Origin: an uncultured delta proteobacterium
Lineage (GTDB): Bacteria > Desulfobacterota > RBG-13-43-22
Length of the DNA stretch: 64,000 nucleotides
Direction of reading: 5' to 3'
Assembly: GCA_963743305.1 (NCBI GenBank)
Contig: CAVUPH010000029.1
Span: 29,146 to 93,145, forward strand
Position numbers and translations under genes: made by a program. Numbering within the stretch: the first letter of the stretch is position 1; the number at the start of each line of letters is the position of its first letter. Below, in pieces: positions 1 through 9,483 of the stretch. The notes beneath the pieces were generated by a model that had not been told where the DNA came from, searched no databases, and was given only the letters and a program-made list of their open reading frames with translations.

Positions 1-78
1 CAACTTTCCAGACTGGATCAGGCCCATTTTACCTTGTTTTTTTATTTGCTTCCCCCTTCCTTCTTCCCCTCTTCCCTC

Positions 79-537
79 TCATTTCTTGTCCCGGATAGCC
101 CGCTGCATCTCCCGTTGCTCATCCCTTTCCCGGATGGTTTCTCGCTTATCGTACAATTTCTTCCCCTTGGCCAGAGCGACCTCCACCTTGGCCTTTCCAC
201 TCCGGAAATAAAGTTTCAGCGGGATGAGGGTCAACCCCTTTCCCTGGATTTTCCCCATGATGCGCTTGATTTCATGGCGGTGCAGCAACAGCTTTCGGAT
301 CCGGGTGGGATCTTGCTCCCCGGTCGGCGCATTTTCATAGGGGCTGATATGGGCCTGAAGAAGCCAGACTTCCCCGCCCTTGATCTGGGCATAACTATCC
401 TTCAGATTGGCCCGGCCTAGGCGTAAAGACTTCACTTCCGGCCCGCTCAAAGCCAATCCCGCCTCCAGGGCTTCCAGGATCTGATAGTCATGATGGGCCT
501 TCCGGTTTTGACAGATAATCTTGATGGTTTCAGCCAT
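79..537 (-). CDS. smpB: SsrA-binding protein SmpB
   Basis: Motifs NRKAHHDY, GLALSGPEVKSLR, RKLLLHRHEI, AKGKKLYDKRE; start trimmed to ATG 537. Confidence 0.97.
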   Translation of the reverse strand: MAETIKIICQNRKAHHDYQILEALEAGLALSGPEVKSLRLGRANLKDSYAQIKGGEVWLLQAHISPYENAPTGEQDPTRIRKLLLHRHEIKRIMGKIQGKGLTLIPLKLYFRSGKAKVEVALAKGKKLYDKRETIRERDEQREMQRAIRDKK

Positions 538-592
538 GTTCGTTGAGTCTTTTACCTCTTTAAAATTTGAACCAAAAATTAAAAATTTTTGG

Positions 593-2380
593 TTAGGAAT
601 AGAGTAAGTTACCGTTCGGCCCGAATAAATCCGGGAACCGCTTGGCCATCTCATGGCGCACGTACTGGTTAATCTGCCCGGTCGTGGTCAAAGTCAGCAC
701 TTCCTCGACAACCCGACGGGATTCCTGGTAGGAGATCAGGCGGATAATCTGCTTCACCCGAGGGATGGTTACGGGATTCATGCTCAACTCGTCCAGACCC
801 AACCCCAACAGGATGGGTATATAGAGCGGGTCGCCGGCCATCTCGCCGCACATGGCCACCGGGATATCCGCCCGATGACCGGCCTCGATGGTCTGACGAA
901 TCAGCCGCAAAATGGCCGGATGCAGGGGCTGATACATGTGGGCCACGTGTTCGTTGACCCGGTCGATGGCCAGCGCGTATTGGATCAGATCGTTCGTACC
1001 GATGCTGAAAAAATCGACCTCCCGGGCCAACAGATCGGCCGTAGCCACCGCTGAGGGTATCTCGATCATGATCCCGATAGGGATCTTGGGATCAAAGCGA
1101 ATCCCCTCGGACCGCAACTCGGCCTCCACTTCTCTCAAGATGGCCTTGGCCTGCAATACTTCATCAACATCTGAAATCATGGGGAACAAAATTTTCAAAC
1201 GGCCGTATAGACTGGCCCGCAAAATGGCCCGAAGTTGGCGTTTAAAAATATGCACCTCTTTGAGGCAAAAACGGATGGCCCGGAGTCCCAAGGCCGGATT
1301 CATTTCCTCGGCCAACTCCAATTGAGAGGCAAACTTATCTCCCCCGATATCCAGGGTTCGGATGGTTACCGGGACCGGAGCGATCCGACGGGCCACCTCC
1401 TTGAAATTTTCAAAAAGGGTTTCTTCCTTGGGCAGTTCTTTTTGGCTTAAATAGAAAAATTCGGTCCGGAAAAGGCCGATTCCCTCCGCCCCGCTGTCCA
1501 CCACCGCCCCCAGCTCTTCCATGAATTCAATGTTGGCTCGGACCTTCACGGCGTGTCCGTCCAAGGTTACGGCCGGCAAATGACTATAGCGGGCTATTTC
1601 CGCTCGAAATTTTTCGTAGGTTTCCTTTCGGTCCGAGTAATCCTGGACCGTTTTCTGATCCGGATTGATGATCACCTCTCCGTTGGTGCCGTCCAGGATG
1701 ATCAGACTGCCGCTGCTGAATTCCTGAGTAATCCGCTCCAGACCCACCACCGCCGGTATTTCCAGGGATTGGGCAATAATCGCCGTGTGCGAAGTCTTCC
1801 CCCCCATATCGGTGGCAAAACCCAGGACCCGGTCCAAGCGCATCTGGGTGGTGTCCGCCGGTGAGAGGTCATGGGCGACGATGATCACCGGTTCGCGGAC
1901 CTCGGACAGGCTCTCCACCTTTTTCCCGGTTAAATTCCGGAGGATCCGTTCGGAAACATCCTCGACGTCCTTAAATCGAGAGCGGATATATTCGTCCTTG
2001 ATCTTGGCAAAGGCCTCCTGGGCCTTTTCCACGGACTTTTTCAAGGCCCATTCAGCATTGATCTGTTCGGACTTGATCTGTTCCAGGGTATGATCGAAGA
2101 GCAATTTATCCCGCAGAATCAGGCGATGGGAGTCGAAAATGCCGGCCTGGTCCTTGATTTCCTCCGGCATCTCCTCCTGGATCTGTCGCAGTTGTTCCTC
2201 CGCCCGATCCACGGCCTGACGGAAGCGCTCGATTTCCTCCACGACTTTATTATCATCCAGGAGATACTGGTAGATCACCTTGACCCGACTGCGGTCAACC
2301 AGGTAGGCCCGCCCGATAGCTACACCGGCCGAAGCCCCGATGCCCTTTAAGAACCGTGTGGTTGTCTCTCTTTGCGTCAT
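593..2380 (-). CDS. ptsI: PTS enzyme I (PEP-protein phosphotransferase)
   Basis: GGKTSHTAII phospho-His motif, GIGLFRTEF, SIGTNDLIQY, MCGEMAG. Confidence 0.96.
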   Translation of the reverse strand: MTQRETTTRFLKGIGASAGVAIGRAYLVDRSRVKVIYQYLLDDNKVVEEIERFRQAVDRAEEQLRQIQEEMPEEIKDQAGIFDSHRLILRDKLLFDHTLEQIKSEQINAEWALKKSVEKAQEAFAKIKDEYIRSRFKDVEDVSERILRNLTGKKVESLSEVREPVIIVAHDLSPADTTQMRLDRVLGFATDMGGKTSHTAIIAQSLEIPAVVGLERITQEFSSGSLIILDGTNGEVIINPDQKTVQDYSDRKETYEKFRAEIARYSHLPAVTLDGHAVKVRANIEFMEELGAVVDSGAEGIGLFRTEFFYLSQKELPKEETLFENFKEVARRIAPVPVTIRTLDIGGDKFASQLELAEEMNPALGLRAIRFCLKEVHIFKRQLRAILRASLYGRLKILFPMISDVDEVLQAKAILREVEAELRSEGIRFDPKIPIGIMIEIPSAVATADLLAREVDFFSIGTNDLIQYALAIDRVNEHVAHMYQPLHPAILRLIRQTIEAGHRADIPVAMCGEMAGDPLYIPILLGLGLDELSMNPVTIPRVKQIIRLISYQESRRVVEEVLTLTTTGQINQYVRHEMAKRFPDLFGPNGNLLYS

Positions 2381-2524
2381 GGTCTTTGGATCCTTGAATC
2401 CGAAATTCGAAGCACGAAATCGACTTCTGACCGAGCTATCGTGGCCGAAACAAGCACGAAGGTTCAAAATTCAGTTTCGAAATTCGGATTTTGGATTTCT
2501 AACCAAAAATTCAAATATTTTTGG

Positions 2525-2788
2525 TTAGTCTTCCCCAAACTTATCTTCAATGAGGGTCTCCACGGCCGCCATCAGCGCTTCCGCCTGATCCCCTTCCGTG
2601 CGGACCGTAATCTCGGAACCATAAGGACAAGCCAGCGTCAATAAATTCAAAATGCTTTTCCCGTCCACCTCCTGGCCGTCAAAGCGGATAAAGAGGTCGG
2701 CCTGGAAAGGTTGGCTGATTTGTACCAATTTGGCTGAAGACCGGGCATGGAGCCCCAGTTGATTCTTGATGATAAATGGTCGTTCCAT
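2525..2788 (-). CDS. ptsH: Phosphocarrier protein HPr
   Basis: GLHARSSA and DGKSILNLLTL motifs; 87 aa; adjacent to ptsI. Confidence 0.95.
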   Translation of the reverse strand: MERPFIIKNQLGLHARSSAKLVQISQPFQADLFIRFDGQEVDGKSILNLLTLACPYGSEITVRTEGDQAEALMAAVETLIEDKFGED

Positions 2789-2795
2789 GGTTGTA

Positions 2796-3506
2796 TCAAG
2801 GAGTATTTCCCTCGGAAGGGGCCAGGATAAGCGTTATTTCCCCCAAAACTTCTTTGTCTCCGAGGCCTTGGAGCACCTGGCTTACCGTTCCAGAAAGCAA
2901 TTCTTCGTGTATTTTAGTCAACTCCCGGGTCAAAAAGACATCGATGTCTCCCAGCAAATCTCTTATTTCCGCCAATAACTTCTTAATCCGGTAGGGGGAT
3001 TCATAAAGCACTACCGTTCGGCCCTGGGCGGCCATTTCCTCGAGGATTCTCCGCCTCCGGCTCTTGCGTCTGGGCAGAAACCCCAAAAAAACGAAGGCCC
3101 CCCCCTCCATCCCCGAGACGCTAAGGGCGCAGGCCACAGCGGAGGGACCCGGAATAGGCACTACCGGGATCCCGGACTCCCGGGCCTGGCGGACCAATTC
3201 CTGACCGGGATCACTGATCCCCGGAGTACCCCCGTCGGTCACCAGGCCGATCTGCTCTCCTCGGAGCAAACGTTCTATCAGCACCCGGGATTTGCCCTGT
3301 TTATTGTACTCATGGTAGCTGGTCAGGGGCACATGGAGATCATACGCGGCCAGCAATTTCTGGGTTCTCCGGGTGTCTTCAGCGGCAATCAGGTTGGAGG
3401 TCTTCAGCACCTCCAGGGCCCTCAGGGTGATATCCTTAAGGTTTCCCAGGGGAGTCGCCACCACATAAAGGGTTCCCGGTTCGCCGGCTGCCCTGGTCCG
3501 TTCCAT
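2796..3506 (-). CDS. rsmI: 16S rRNA C1402 2'-O-methyltransferase
   Basis: LYVVATPLGNLKDIT, AAEDTRRT, GTPGISDPG, YESPYR, RELTKIHEE. Confidence 0.95.
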   Translation of the reverse strand: MERTRAAGEPGTLYVVATPLGNLKDITLRALEVLKTSNLIAAEDTRRTQKLLAAYDLHVPLTSYHEYNKQGKSRVLIERLLRGEQIGLVTDGGTPGISDPGQELVRQARESGIPVVPIPGPSAVACALSVSGMEGGAFVFLGFLPRRKSRRRRILEEMAAQGRTVVLYESPYRIKKLLAEIRDLLGDIDVFLTRELTKIHEELLSGTVSQVLQGLGDKEVLGEITLILAPSEGNTP

Positions 3507-3895
3507 TATCCTACCAGATCGAAGGCATTGCGAAACAATTCAATCCGCTCCCCCTGGCGCTCCAGATCGACCGCCACCACATCAAACCGGGCCGGGCGGT
3601 CCTTCCAGGCCTTCAAATTCAAATAATACAAGGCCAACCGCGACAGCTTCATTTGCTTCTTTCGATCTACCGCCCACTTGGCCGATCCAAAGGAGGTCGA
3701 CTCCCGGGTTTTAACCTCCACGAAAACCAGGGTCTGACCTTCGCGGGCGACAATATCGATTTCTCCGATGGGGGTCTTGAAATTCCGCTCGATTATTTTA
3801 TAGCCCTTCTCTTTTAATAGCGTACAGGCCAGCGCTTCTCCCCGAGCCCCCAGGTTAGGCCAGACCCGGTCGGCAATTCCTGCGCTATTCCCCAT
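3506..3895 (-). CDS. yraN: YraN family protein (UPF0102)
   Basis: GEIDIVAREGQTLVFVEVKTR and RFDVVAV motifs; start estimated. Confidence 0.9.
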   Translation of the reverse strand: MGNSAGIADRVWPNLGARGEALACTLLKEKGYKIIERNFKTPIGEIDIVAREGQTLVFVEVKTRESTSFGSAKWAVDRKKQMKLSRLALYYLNLKAWKDRPARFDVVAVDLERQGERIELFRNAFDLVG

Positions 3896-4523
3896 CGCGG
3901 GCCACCCCTTTGAAGCTCCGCCGATGAAGGGGGCAAGGGCCGTAGCGACGCAAAGCCTCCAGGTGTTCCCGCGTCCCATACCCCTTGTTGCCGGGAAAGT
4001 TATATTCAGGGAAGCGGATATGGCAGGATTCCATCATTTTGTCCCGAATGACTTTGGCCACGATGGAGGCCGCCCCGATCGTCAGGCTTCGGGCATCTCC
4101 CCGGATCAGGCACTGTTGGGGGAGCGTAAGATCGAGCGCCCGGTTGCCGTCCACCAGCAGAAGGTCCGGAGCAATCGGCAACCGCAGGACGGCCGTTTTC
4201 ATGGCCTTCAAGGCCGCCTGAAGAATATTGATCCGATCCACCTCTCCGGCATCCACGGACCCTAACCCAATGGCCAGGGCCTTTTCCCGGATGAGGGGGA
4301 AAAGGGCTTCCCTTTGTTTGGCCGTTAATTTTTTGGAATCGGTGATCCCCGGGATGAGCACCGCAGAGGGGAAGATCACCGCGGCGGCAAGAACCGGTCC
4401 GGCCAACGGTCCCCGGCCGACTTCATCTACACCGGCAATACATAGCGATTCGAGGGATCGAAGGGAAAACTCATAATAGGCTGGGGCGCTCTGTCGGTTT
4501 GCTCGACGGCCCATTTGATTCAA
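3885..4523 (-). CDS. rnhB: Ribonuclease HII
   Basis: GVDEVGRGPLAGPV, DSKKL, AASIVAKVIRD, NKGYGT, HRRSF. Confidence 0.96.
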   Translation of the reverse strand: MNQMGRRANRQSAPAYYEFSLRSLESLCIAGVDEVGRGPLAGPVLAAAVIFPSAVLIPGITDSKKLTAKQREALFPLIREKALAIGLGSVDAGEVDRINILQAALKAMKTAVLRLPIAPDLLLVDGNRALDLTLPQQCLIRGDARSLTIGAASIVAKVIRDKMMESCHIRFPEYNFPGNKGYGTREHLEALRRYGPCPLHRRSFKGVARDGE

Positions 4524-4608
4524 ATTCGAAATCCGAATACCCTGCCTGAGGCGGGGAACAAATTCAAACGATCACATCTCAAAATAGAGCGGCGGAAGAG
4601 CCGACTCC

Positions 4609-4968
4609 TCAGGCGGGTTTTTGAAAGGTCCTTTTCTCTTTTATACGCGCCGCCCGGCCTTTCAGACCCCTTAAATAATAAAGCCTGGCCCGCCGCACCT
4701 TTCCTCGGCTGATGATATCGATCCGGTCGATCGACGGGGAGTGGGTGGGGAAGATACGTTCCACTCCCACGCCGTAAGAAACTTTCCGCACCGTAAAAGT
4801 CGCCCCGGTATTCCCTTTCCGATTGCGGATGACCACGCCCTCGAAAACCTGGATCCGTTCTTTTTCGCCTTCTTTTATTTTCACATGGACTCGAATCTGA
4901 TCACCGGTCCGAATGTCGGGCAAATCGGCACGCATTTGTTCTTTTTCCAGCAAGGTTAAGACATCCAC
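4609..4968 (-). CDS. rplS: 50S ribosomal protein L19
   Basis: [40 protein letters not shown]. Confidence 0.98.
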   Translation of the reverse strand: MDVLTLLEKEQMRADLPDIRTGDQIRVHVKIKEGEKERIQVFEGVVIRNRKGNTGATFTVRKVSYGVGVERIFPTHSPSIDRIDIISRGKVRRARLYYLRGLKGRAARIKEKRTFQKPA

Positions 4969-4991
4969 GGCTTTACTCCTCTATAGATAAT

Positions 4992-5759
4992 TTAATGTTT
5001 CCGTTTCCGGTGGTCCGGCTTCCTTTTGGCGGCCTCCTGGGCTAAGGCCAAAAACTCCAAATCCTCGGTTTTCAATGGCGCTTTAGCTAACAGTTCCGGC
5101 CGGACGGCCATGGTCCCGGCCAGCGATTCTTCGCGTCGCCAACGGCGAATCTGGGCATGGTTCCCGGTCAAGAGCATCTCGGGAACCTTATGGTTTTCAA
5201 AATTTCCGGGGCGGGTGTATTGGGGGTACTCCAACAGGTGGTCCTCGTAGGATTCCTGATCGATAGACTCCGAACTCCCCAAGACCTCCGGTATCAGTCG
5301 CACCACCCCGTCCAGCATCACCAGGGCCGCCGGTTCCCCTCCGCTCAGGACGTAATCGCCGATGGAGATCTGGTCCTGGCAGTAATGGGCCCCTACCCGT
5401 TCGTCCACCCCTTCATAGCGGCCGCAGATCAAAACCAGTCGTCCTTGCGCTGCGATTTTTTTCAAAATCGCTTGATCCAGGGGCCGCCCCCGAGGCGTCA
5501 AGAGAATACTGTACGGCCGGCCGGGAGGAATCCCCTGGAGAAAAGTCAGTGCCCGAACGATCGGTTCCGGTTTCAGAACCATCCCCGGCCCGCCCCCGAA
5601 AGGCCGATCATCCACGGTGCGATGTCGGTCGAGGGTAAACTCACGCAGATTAAAAATTCTGACCCGGACCAGACCCTTTTCAATTCCCCGATGGATCATC
5701 CCCTCCTGTAGGGGGGAGGCAAAATAACTCGGAGAAAGGGTCAGGATGTCAATGACCAT
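4992..5759 (-). CDS. trmD: tRNA (guanine37-N1)-methyltransferase
   Basis: VDDRPFGGGPGMV, CGRYEGVDER, SIGDYVLSGGE, LEYPQYTRP. Confidence 0.97.
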   Translation of the reverse strand: MVIDILTLSPSYFASPLQEGMIHRGIEKGLVRVRIFNLREFTLDRHRTVDDRPFGGGPGMVLKPEPIVRALTFLQGIPPGRPYSILLTPRGRPLDQAILKKIAAQGRLVLICGRYEGVDERVGAHYCQDQISIGDYVLSGGEPAALVMLDGVVRLIPEVLGSSESIDQESYEDHLLEYPQYTRPGNFENHKVPEMLLTGNHAQIRRWRREESLAGTMAVRPELLAKAPLKTEDLEFLALAQEAAKRKPDHRKRKH

Positions 5760-6270
5760 CTACCTCCCACAATCCCTGCAGCGTCCGAACTTTTATCTCT
5801 CCCTCCCTTTGATCCACGGAAAGGATCACCTCGGCTACAGCCGGTATTAAATATTCTCTTCCCGGAGCCCTGGCCACCCAGACATCGTGAGCCGGCGTGG
5901 AGATCACCTCCTCCAAGCAGCCCAAAAACCGCCCTTCCTCGCTGACCACGCGCAATCCGATCAATTGGTACCAGTAGTACTCCCCCTCCGGGAGTTTCCC
6001 CAGGCTTTCCTCCCGCACATAAAGTGACCTCCCTACCAAGGCCTCCGCTGCCTGACGGTCTTCCACCCCCGTGAAACGCAGGATAAAATGGTGGTCGCCG
6101 GCCTTAGACTCGGAAATCACATAATCTGTCTGTTCTTCATCCTGCCGGACATAAATCCGAACACCGGGCTTAAAACTTTCCCCTGAAGCCGGATCGGCCT
6201 GAACCTTCAAATGTCCCCTCAGGCCGTGAGGTTTAGTGATCGCTCCGATCCAAAGAAACCCAGACCCCAT
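5749..6270 (-). CDS. rimM: Ribosome maturation factor RimM
   Basis: PHGLRG, LPEGEYYWYQLIGL, LIPAV; position in operon; start estimated. Confidence 0.93.
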   Translation of the reverse strand: MGSGFLWIGAITKPHGLRGHLKVQADPASGESFKPGVRIYVRQDEEQTDYVISESKAGDHHFILRFTGVEDRQAAEALVGRSLYVREESLGKLPEGEYYWYQLIGLRVVSEEGRFLGCLEEVISTPAHDVWVARAPGREYLIPAVAEVILSVDQREGEIKVRTLQGLWEVDGH

Positions 6271-6283
6271 GGGGATTAGAACA

Positions 6284-6514
6284 TCACTCGAGGATTTCCA
6301 ACACGGAACGTTTCTTAATTTTGGTGGAAGCCGCACTTAGAATGGTTCGGATGGCCCGAGCGGTCCGCCCTTGCTTGCCGATGATCTTGCCCAGGTCTTC
6401 CTTGGCCACTTTCAATTCGAGGACCGAAGTCTGTTCCCCTTCAATCTCGTGCACTTCCACTTGATCCGGACTGTCAACCAAAGCCTTCGCAATATACTTT
6501 ACCAGCTCTTTCAT
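6284..6514 (-). CDS. khpA: KH domain RNA-binding protein KhpA
   Basis: [20 protein letters not shown]; 76 aa; between rpsP and rimM. Confidence 0.92.
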   Translation of the reverse strand: MKELVKYIAKALVDSPDQVEVHEIEGEQTSVLELKVAKEDLGKIIGKQGRTARAIRTILSAASTKIKKRSVLEILE

Positions 6515-6600
6515 GCCGCTACCTCCCGCAAGTGAATAAATCCTCCAGTCGCCAAATTCCCGTTGCCGGATCTCCGGATTCAGAGCCCCTGGGCTTTGAC

Positions 6601-6855
6601 TTAAAGGGCTTCCTTAAGGACTCCAGACGACCGAATCAAGTTTTCCACGGTGGTGCTGGGGCGAGCCCCTACGGAGAGCCATTTTTTCAAGCTCTCCGGT
6701 TTCCAGGAAATCTGGGCCGGATCGCTATTGGGGTTATAAGTACCCAGAATTTCAATAAACTTCCCGTCCCGCGGGGACTCGGCACTAGCCACCACCATGC
6801 GATAGAAGGGCTTCTTTTTAGCCCCCATGCGCGTTAACCGTATCCTTACCGCCAT
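6601..6855 (-). CDS. rpsP: 30S ribosomal protein S16
   Basis: [34 protein letters not shown]. Confidence 0.98.
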   Translation of the reverse strand: MAVRIRLTRMGAKKKPFYRMVVASAESPRDGKFIEILGTYNPNSDPAQISWKPESLKKWLSVGARPSTTVENLIRSSGVLKEAL

Positions 6856-6905
6856 ATCCGTTTCTCCTTCCCTTATTTGCTCTCTGTTAATTATATCGAA
6901 TTCCA

Positions 6906-8237
6906 CTAAAAAGGCAAGAAACCTCTTTTCAGGCTCTTTTTGCCTCCCTTGGTAAATTGTTTAATCATCTTTTGTACTTGTTCAAAATTCTTGATCAGTT
7001 TATTTACATCCTGGACCGTAGTTCCGCTCCCTCGGGCAATCCGCCTTCGGCGGCTGCCGTTGAGCAGGTGATAATTTTTGCGCTCCTCCGGGGTCATGGA
7101 ATTGATCATGGCCTCGGTGAGGACCAATTCCTTCTCGTCGGGCTGAGCATCTTTCAAGGCCTTGACCCGATTAAAACCGGGAATCATCTGCATGATCTGG
7201 TCCATAGACCCTATTTTCTTGATCTGGCGAAGCTGGTCCTTGAAATCCTCTAAGGTAAAACTCTCCTTCCGGATTTTCCGGGCCAGTTCATCGGCCTGTT
7301 TTTGATCGAACTGGGATTGCGCTTTTTCGATCAGCGAAAGCATGTCGCCCATACCCAGGATTCGGGAAGCCATGCGGTCCGGGTAAAAAGGCTCTAAGGC
7401 GTCTAATTTCTCCCCCACGCCGATAAACTTGATCGGTTTTTCGATGACCGCCTTGATGGACAGGGCGGCGCCTCCCCGGGCGTCGCCCTCCATTTTGGTC
7501 AGGATGACCCCGGTCACCTCCAGGATTTCGTTGAACTTTTGGGCAACGTTGACGGCATCCTGGCCCGTCATGGCATCGGCCACCAAGAGGATTTCATTGG
7601 GACGGATTCGCTCTTTGATCCGCCTCAATTCATCCATCAGCCCCTGGTCGATATGCAACCGACCGGCGGTATCCATAATCAGGGGATTCAAACCTTGCTG
7701 GCGAGCCCACTCCCAGGCTTGGGAACACAAATCCACCGGGTCCAGCTCCCGATGGGCAGGAAAAATCTCCACGCCGGCCATTTCCGCGACTTTCTGAAGC
7801 TGCTCCATCGCCGCCGGGCGGTAGACATCGGCGGAAACCAGGGCCGGTCGAAAATTCTTCTGTTTTAACCACAGGGCCAGCTTGCCGGCGCTGGTGGTCT
7901 TTCCGGAGCCTTGCAGACCGACCAGCAGGATGGGAATCGGCGGGCGGCCGGCCAAATTCAAGTCCTGGCGCATCCCGCCCATTAAAACGGTCAATTCCTC
8001 CTGGACGATCTTGATGACCTGCTGAGCCGGGGTCAGGCTGCCGAGAACTTCCTGCCCCAGGGACCGTTGGCGGACTTTTTCAATAAAATCCTTGGCGACC
8101 TTGTAATGGACATCCGCCTCCAGCAAGGCCAGACGCACTTCCCGCAGGCCCTCTTTCATGTTGGCTTCAGTCAGCTTGCCCTGGCCCTTTAATTTCTTAA
8201 AGGTCAAGTTCAGCCGGTCACTAAGGGATTCGAACAT
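6906..8237 (-). CDS. ffh: Signal recognition particle protein Ffh
   Basis: MFESLSDRL, GLQGSGKTT, DTAGR, GDARGGAALS, M-domain SRRRRIARGSG. Confidence 0.98.
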   Translation of the reverse strand: MFESLSDRLNLTFKKLKGQGKLTEANMKEGLREVRLALLEADVHYKVAKDFIEKVRQRSLGQEVLGSLTPAQQVIKIVQEELTVLMGGMRQDLNLAGRPPIPILLVGLQGSGKTTSAGKLALWLKQKNFRPALVSADVYRPAAMEQLQKVAEMAGVEIFPAHRELDPVDLCSQAWEWARQQGLNPLIMDTAGRLHIDQGLMDELRRIKERIRPNEILLVADAMTGQDAVNVAQKFNEILEVTGVILTKMEGDARGGAALSIKAVIEKPIKFIGVGEKLDALEPFYPDRMASRILGMGDMLSLIEKAQSQFDQKQADELARKIRKESFTLEDFKDQLRQIKKIGSMDQIMQMIPGFNRVKALKDAQPDEKELVLTEAMINSMTPEERKNYHLLNGSRRRRIARGSGTTVQDVNKLIKNFEQVQKMIKQFTKGGKKSLKRGFLPF

Positions 8238-8335
8238 GGTCTTACCTGAAAAATTAAAAATTTTAAATTTATTCTTATCTACTAATAATGTCAATAACTT
8301 TTTTTTAATCGTTCACCGATCAATAAACAAATATC

Positions 8336-8364
8336 TTGACAAAAAAAATCCGGAAAGTTATTTT
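8336..8364 (+). promoter_or_regulatory. sigma70-type promoter for the tRNA pair
   Basis: TTGACA-N17-TATTTT ending 13 nt before tRNA-Lys. Confidence 0.65.
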
Positions 8365-8377
8365 AGTCATTTTATCG

Positions 8378-8453
8378 GGGCCGTTAACTCAGGAGGTAGA
8401 GTATCTGCCTTTTAAGCAGAGAGTCGTTGGTTCGAATCCAACACGGCCCACCA
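8378..8453 (+). tRNA. tRNA-Lys (UUU)
   Basis: Acceptor stem GGGCCGT/ACGGCCC, anticodon loop CTTTTAA, GGTTCGAATCC T-arm, encoded CCA. Confidence 0.97.
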
Positions 8454-8460
8454 AGGAGAC

Positions 8461-8538
8461 GTCCCCATCGTCTAGCCTGGCCCAGGACACCGGCCTTTCA
8501 CGCCGACAACACGGGTTCAAATCCCGTTGGGGACGCCA
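8461..8538 (+). tRNA. tRNA-Glu (UUC)
   Basis: Acceptor stem GTCCCCA/TGGGGAC, anticodon loop CTTTCAC, GGTTCAAATCC, encoded CCA. Confidence 0.97.
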
Positions 8539-8550
8539 AGAACTTTCCAG

Positions 8551-8581
8551 GGGTTGGCCTGTCGGGCCGACCCTTTTTTTT
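8551..8581 (+). terminator. Rho-independent terminator after the tRNAs
   Basis: GGGTTGGCC-loop-GGCCGACCC hairpin followed by a T tract. Confidence 0.85.
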
Positions 8582-8687
8582 CCTTTTCCCTTTATATGCT
8601 TTTCCCTTTATATGTTTTCACTGAACAGGAAAAAAGATATTGCCGCGAACTTCCGGGTTGGATTCACAGCCCCGGGATTGAACTCCT

Positions 8688-9392
8688 ATGAAGCATCCAA
8701 GTCTTACGGTCACCTTCATCCTAACGATCCTCTTGGCGGGTTTCAGCCGCTCCCCGGCGAGTGAACCGCCCGAGACGAAGGCCCCTCACCCCGAGAGAAG
8801 CCTCCTTTTCAGTCTCCAATACGGATGGCCGGCCCGGTATTTCTCGGACAAATTATATTCCAACTTCAAGACCTTCAGTTTCAACGCGGCCTTCGAAAAG
8901 GAATGCGGAGTCATCATTTTCCCGGCCGGTGGTCCTCTTTCGGAATCCCTGTTGCTGGAATTCAGGCTCTTGAAGATCTGGGGGAACGCTATCCCCCTCA
9001 ACGACGATCAGGTTTCCAGCGAAAAACTGGCCCGGGCCAAACAGCAGGGACATGAGCCTACCGTAAACTGGGACACCTATCAGCTAGGCCTGACCCCTTT
9101 CTATCGGATCTATTACCCGATTACCAAGAACATCAGGCCCTATTTCGAATTGGGGGCCGGGTTAACCTGGTTGCTGGAGGAGTTGGTTGAAAACGGCACC
9201 CGCTGGAATTTTTCGCTCTATTCCGGTCTGGGCACCGAATTCAGATGGGGGGGCCTCCCCTTTTTCGCCTTTTTACGCCTGGAACATTTCAGCAACGGAA
9301 TGAAGTATTGGCATCAGATGGGCCTGTCGGACCAAAGGCTGATCGGCCCGGAAACGATGGCCCTGGGATTGGGAGTCCGGATCCCCTTCTAA
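8688..9392 (+). CDS. Acyloxyacyl hydrolase / PagL-like lipid A deacylase beta-barrel
   Basis: Signal peptide, RPYFELGAG, RLEHFSNG catalytic-type motif, C-terminal Phe. Confidence 0.7.
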   Translation: MKHPSLTVTFILTILLAGFSRSPASEPPETKAPHPERSLLFSLQYGWPARYFSDKLYSNFKTFSFNAAFEKECGVIIFPAGGPLSESLLLEFRLLKIWGNAIPLNDDQVSSEKLARAKQQGHEPTVNWDTYQLGLTPFYRIYYPITKNIRPYFELGAGLTWLLEELVENGTRWNFSLYSGLGTEFRWGGLPFFAFLRLEHFSNGMKYWHQMGLSDQRLIGPETMALGLGVRIPF

Positions 9393-9483
9393 ACGAAAAG
9401 GACCCTCGTCTTTCAGTAGCAGTAGGTCAGCCGGGATCAGTGATCGAGCCTCTAGGTCCGGACCCGGAATCTGCCGGGAATGG

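Noticed and set aside
1-600. tmRNA (ssrA) next to smpB
   Set aside because: No tRNA-like tmRNA ends or tag reading frame visible
79-8237. ptsH/ptsI/smpB attached to the ffh-rplS operon as a novelty
   Set aside because: As far as I recall this order is common in deltaproteobacteria; ordinary housekeeping synteny
8336-8764. 142-aa ORF over the tRNA region
   Set aside because: Overlaps two clear tRNAs and a terminator; spurious
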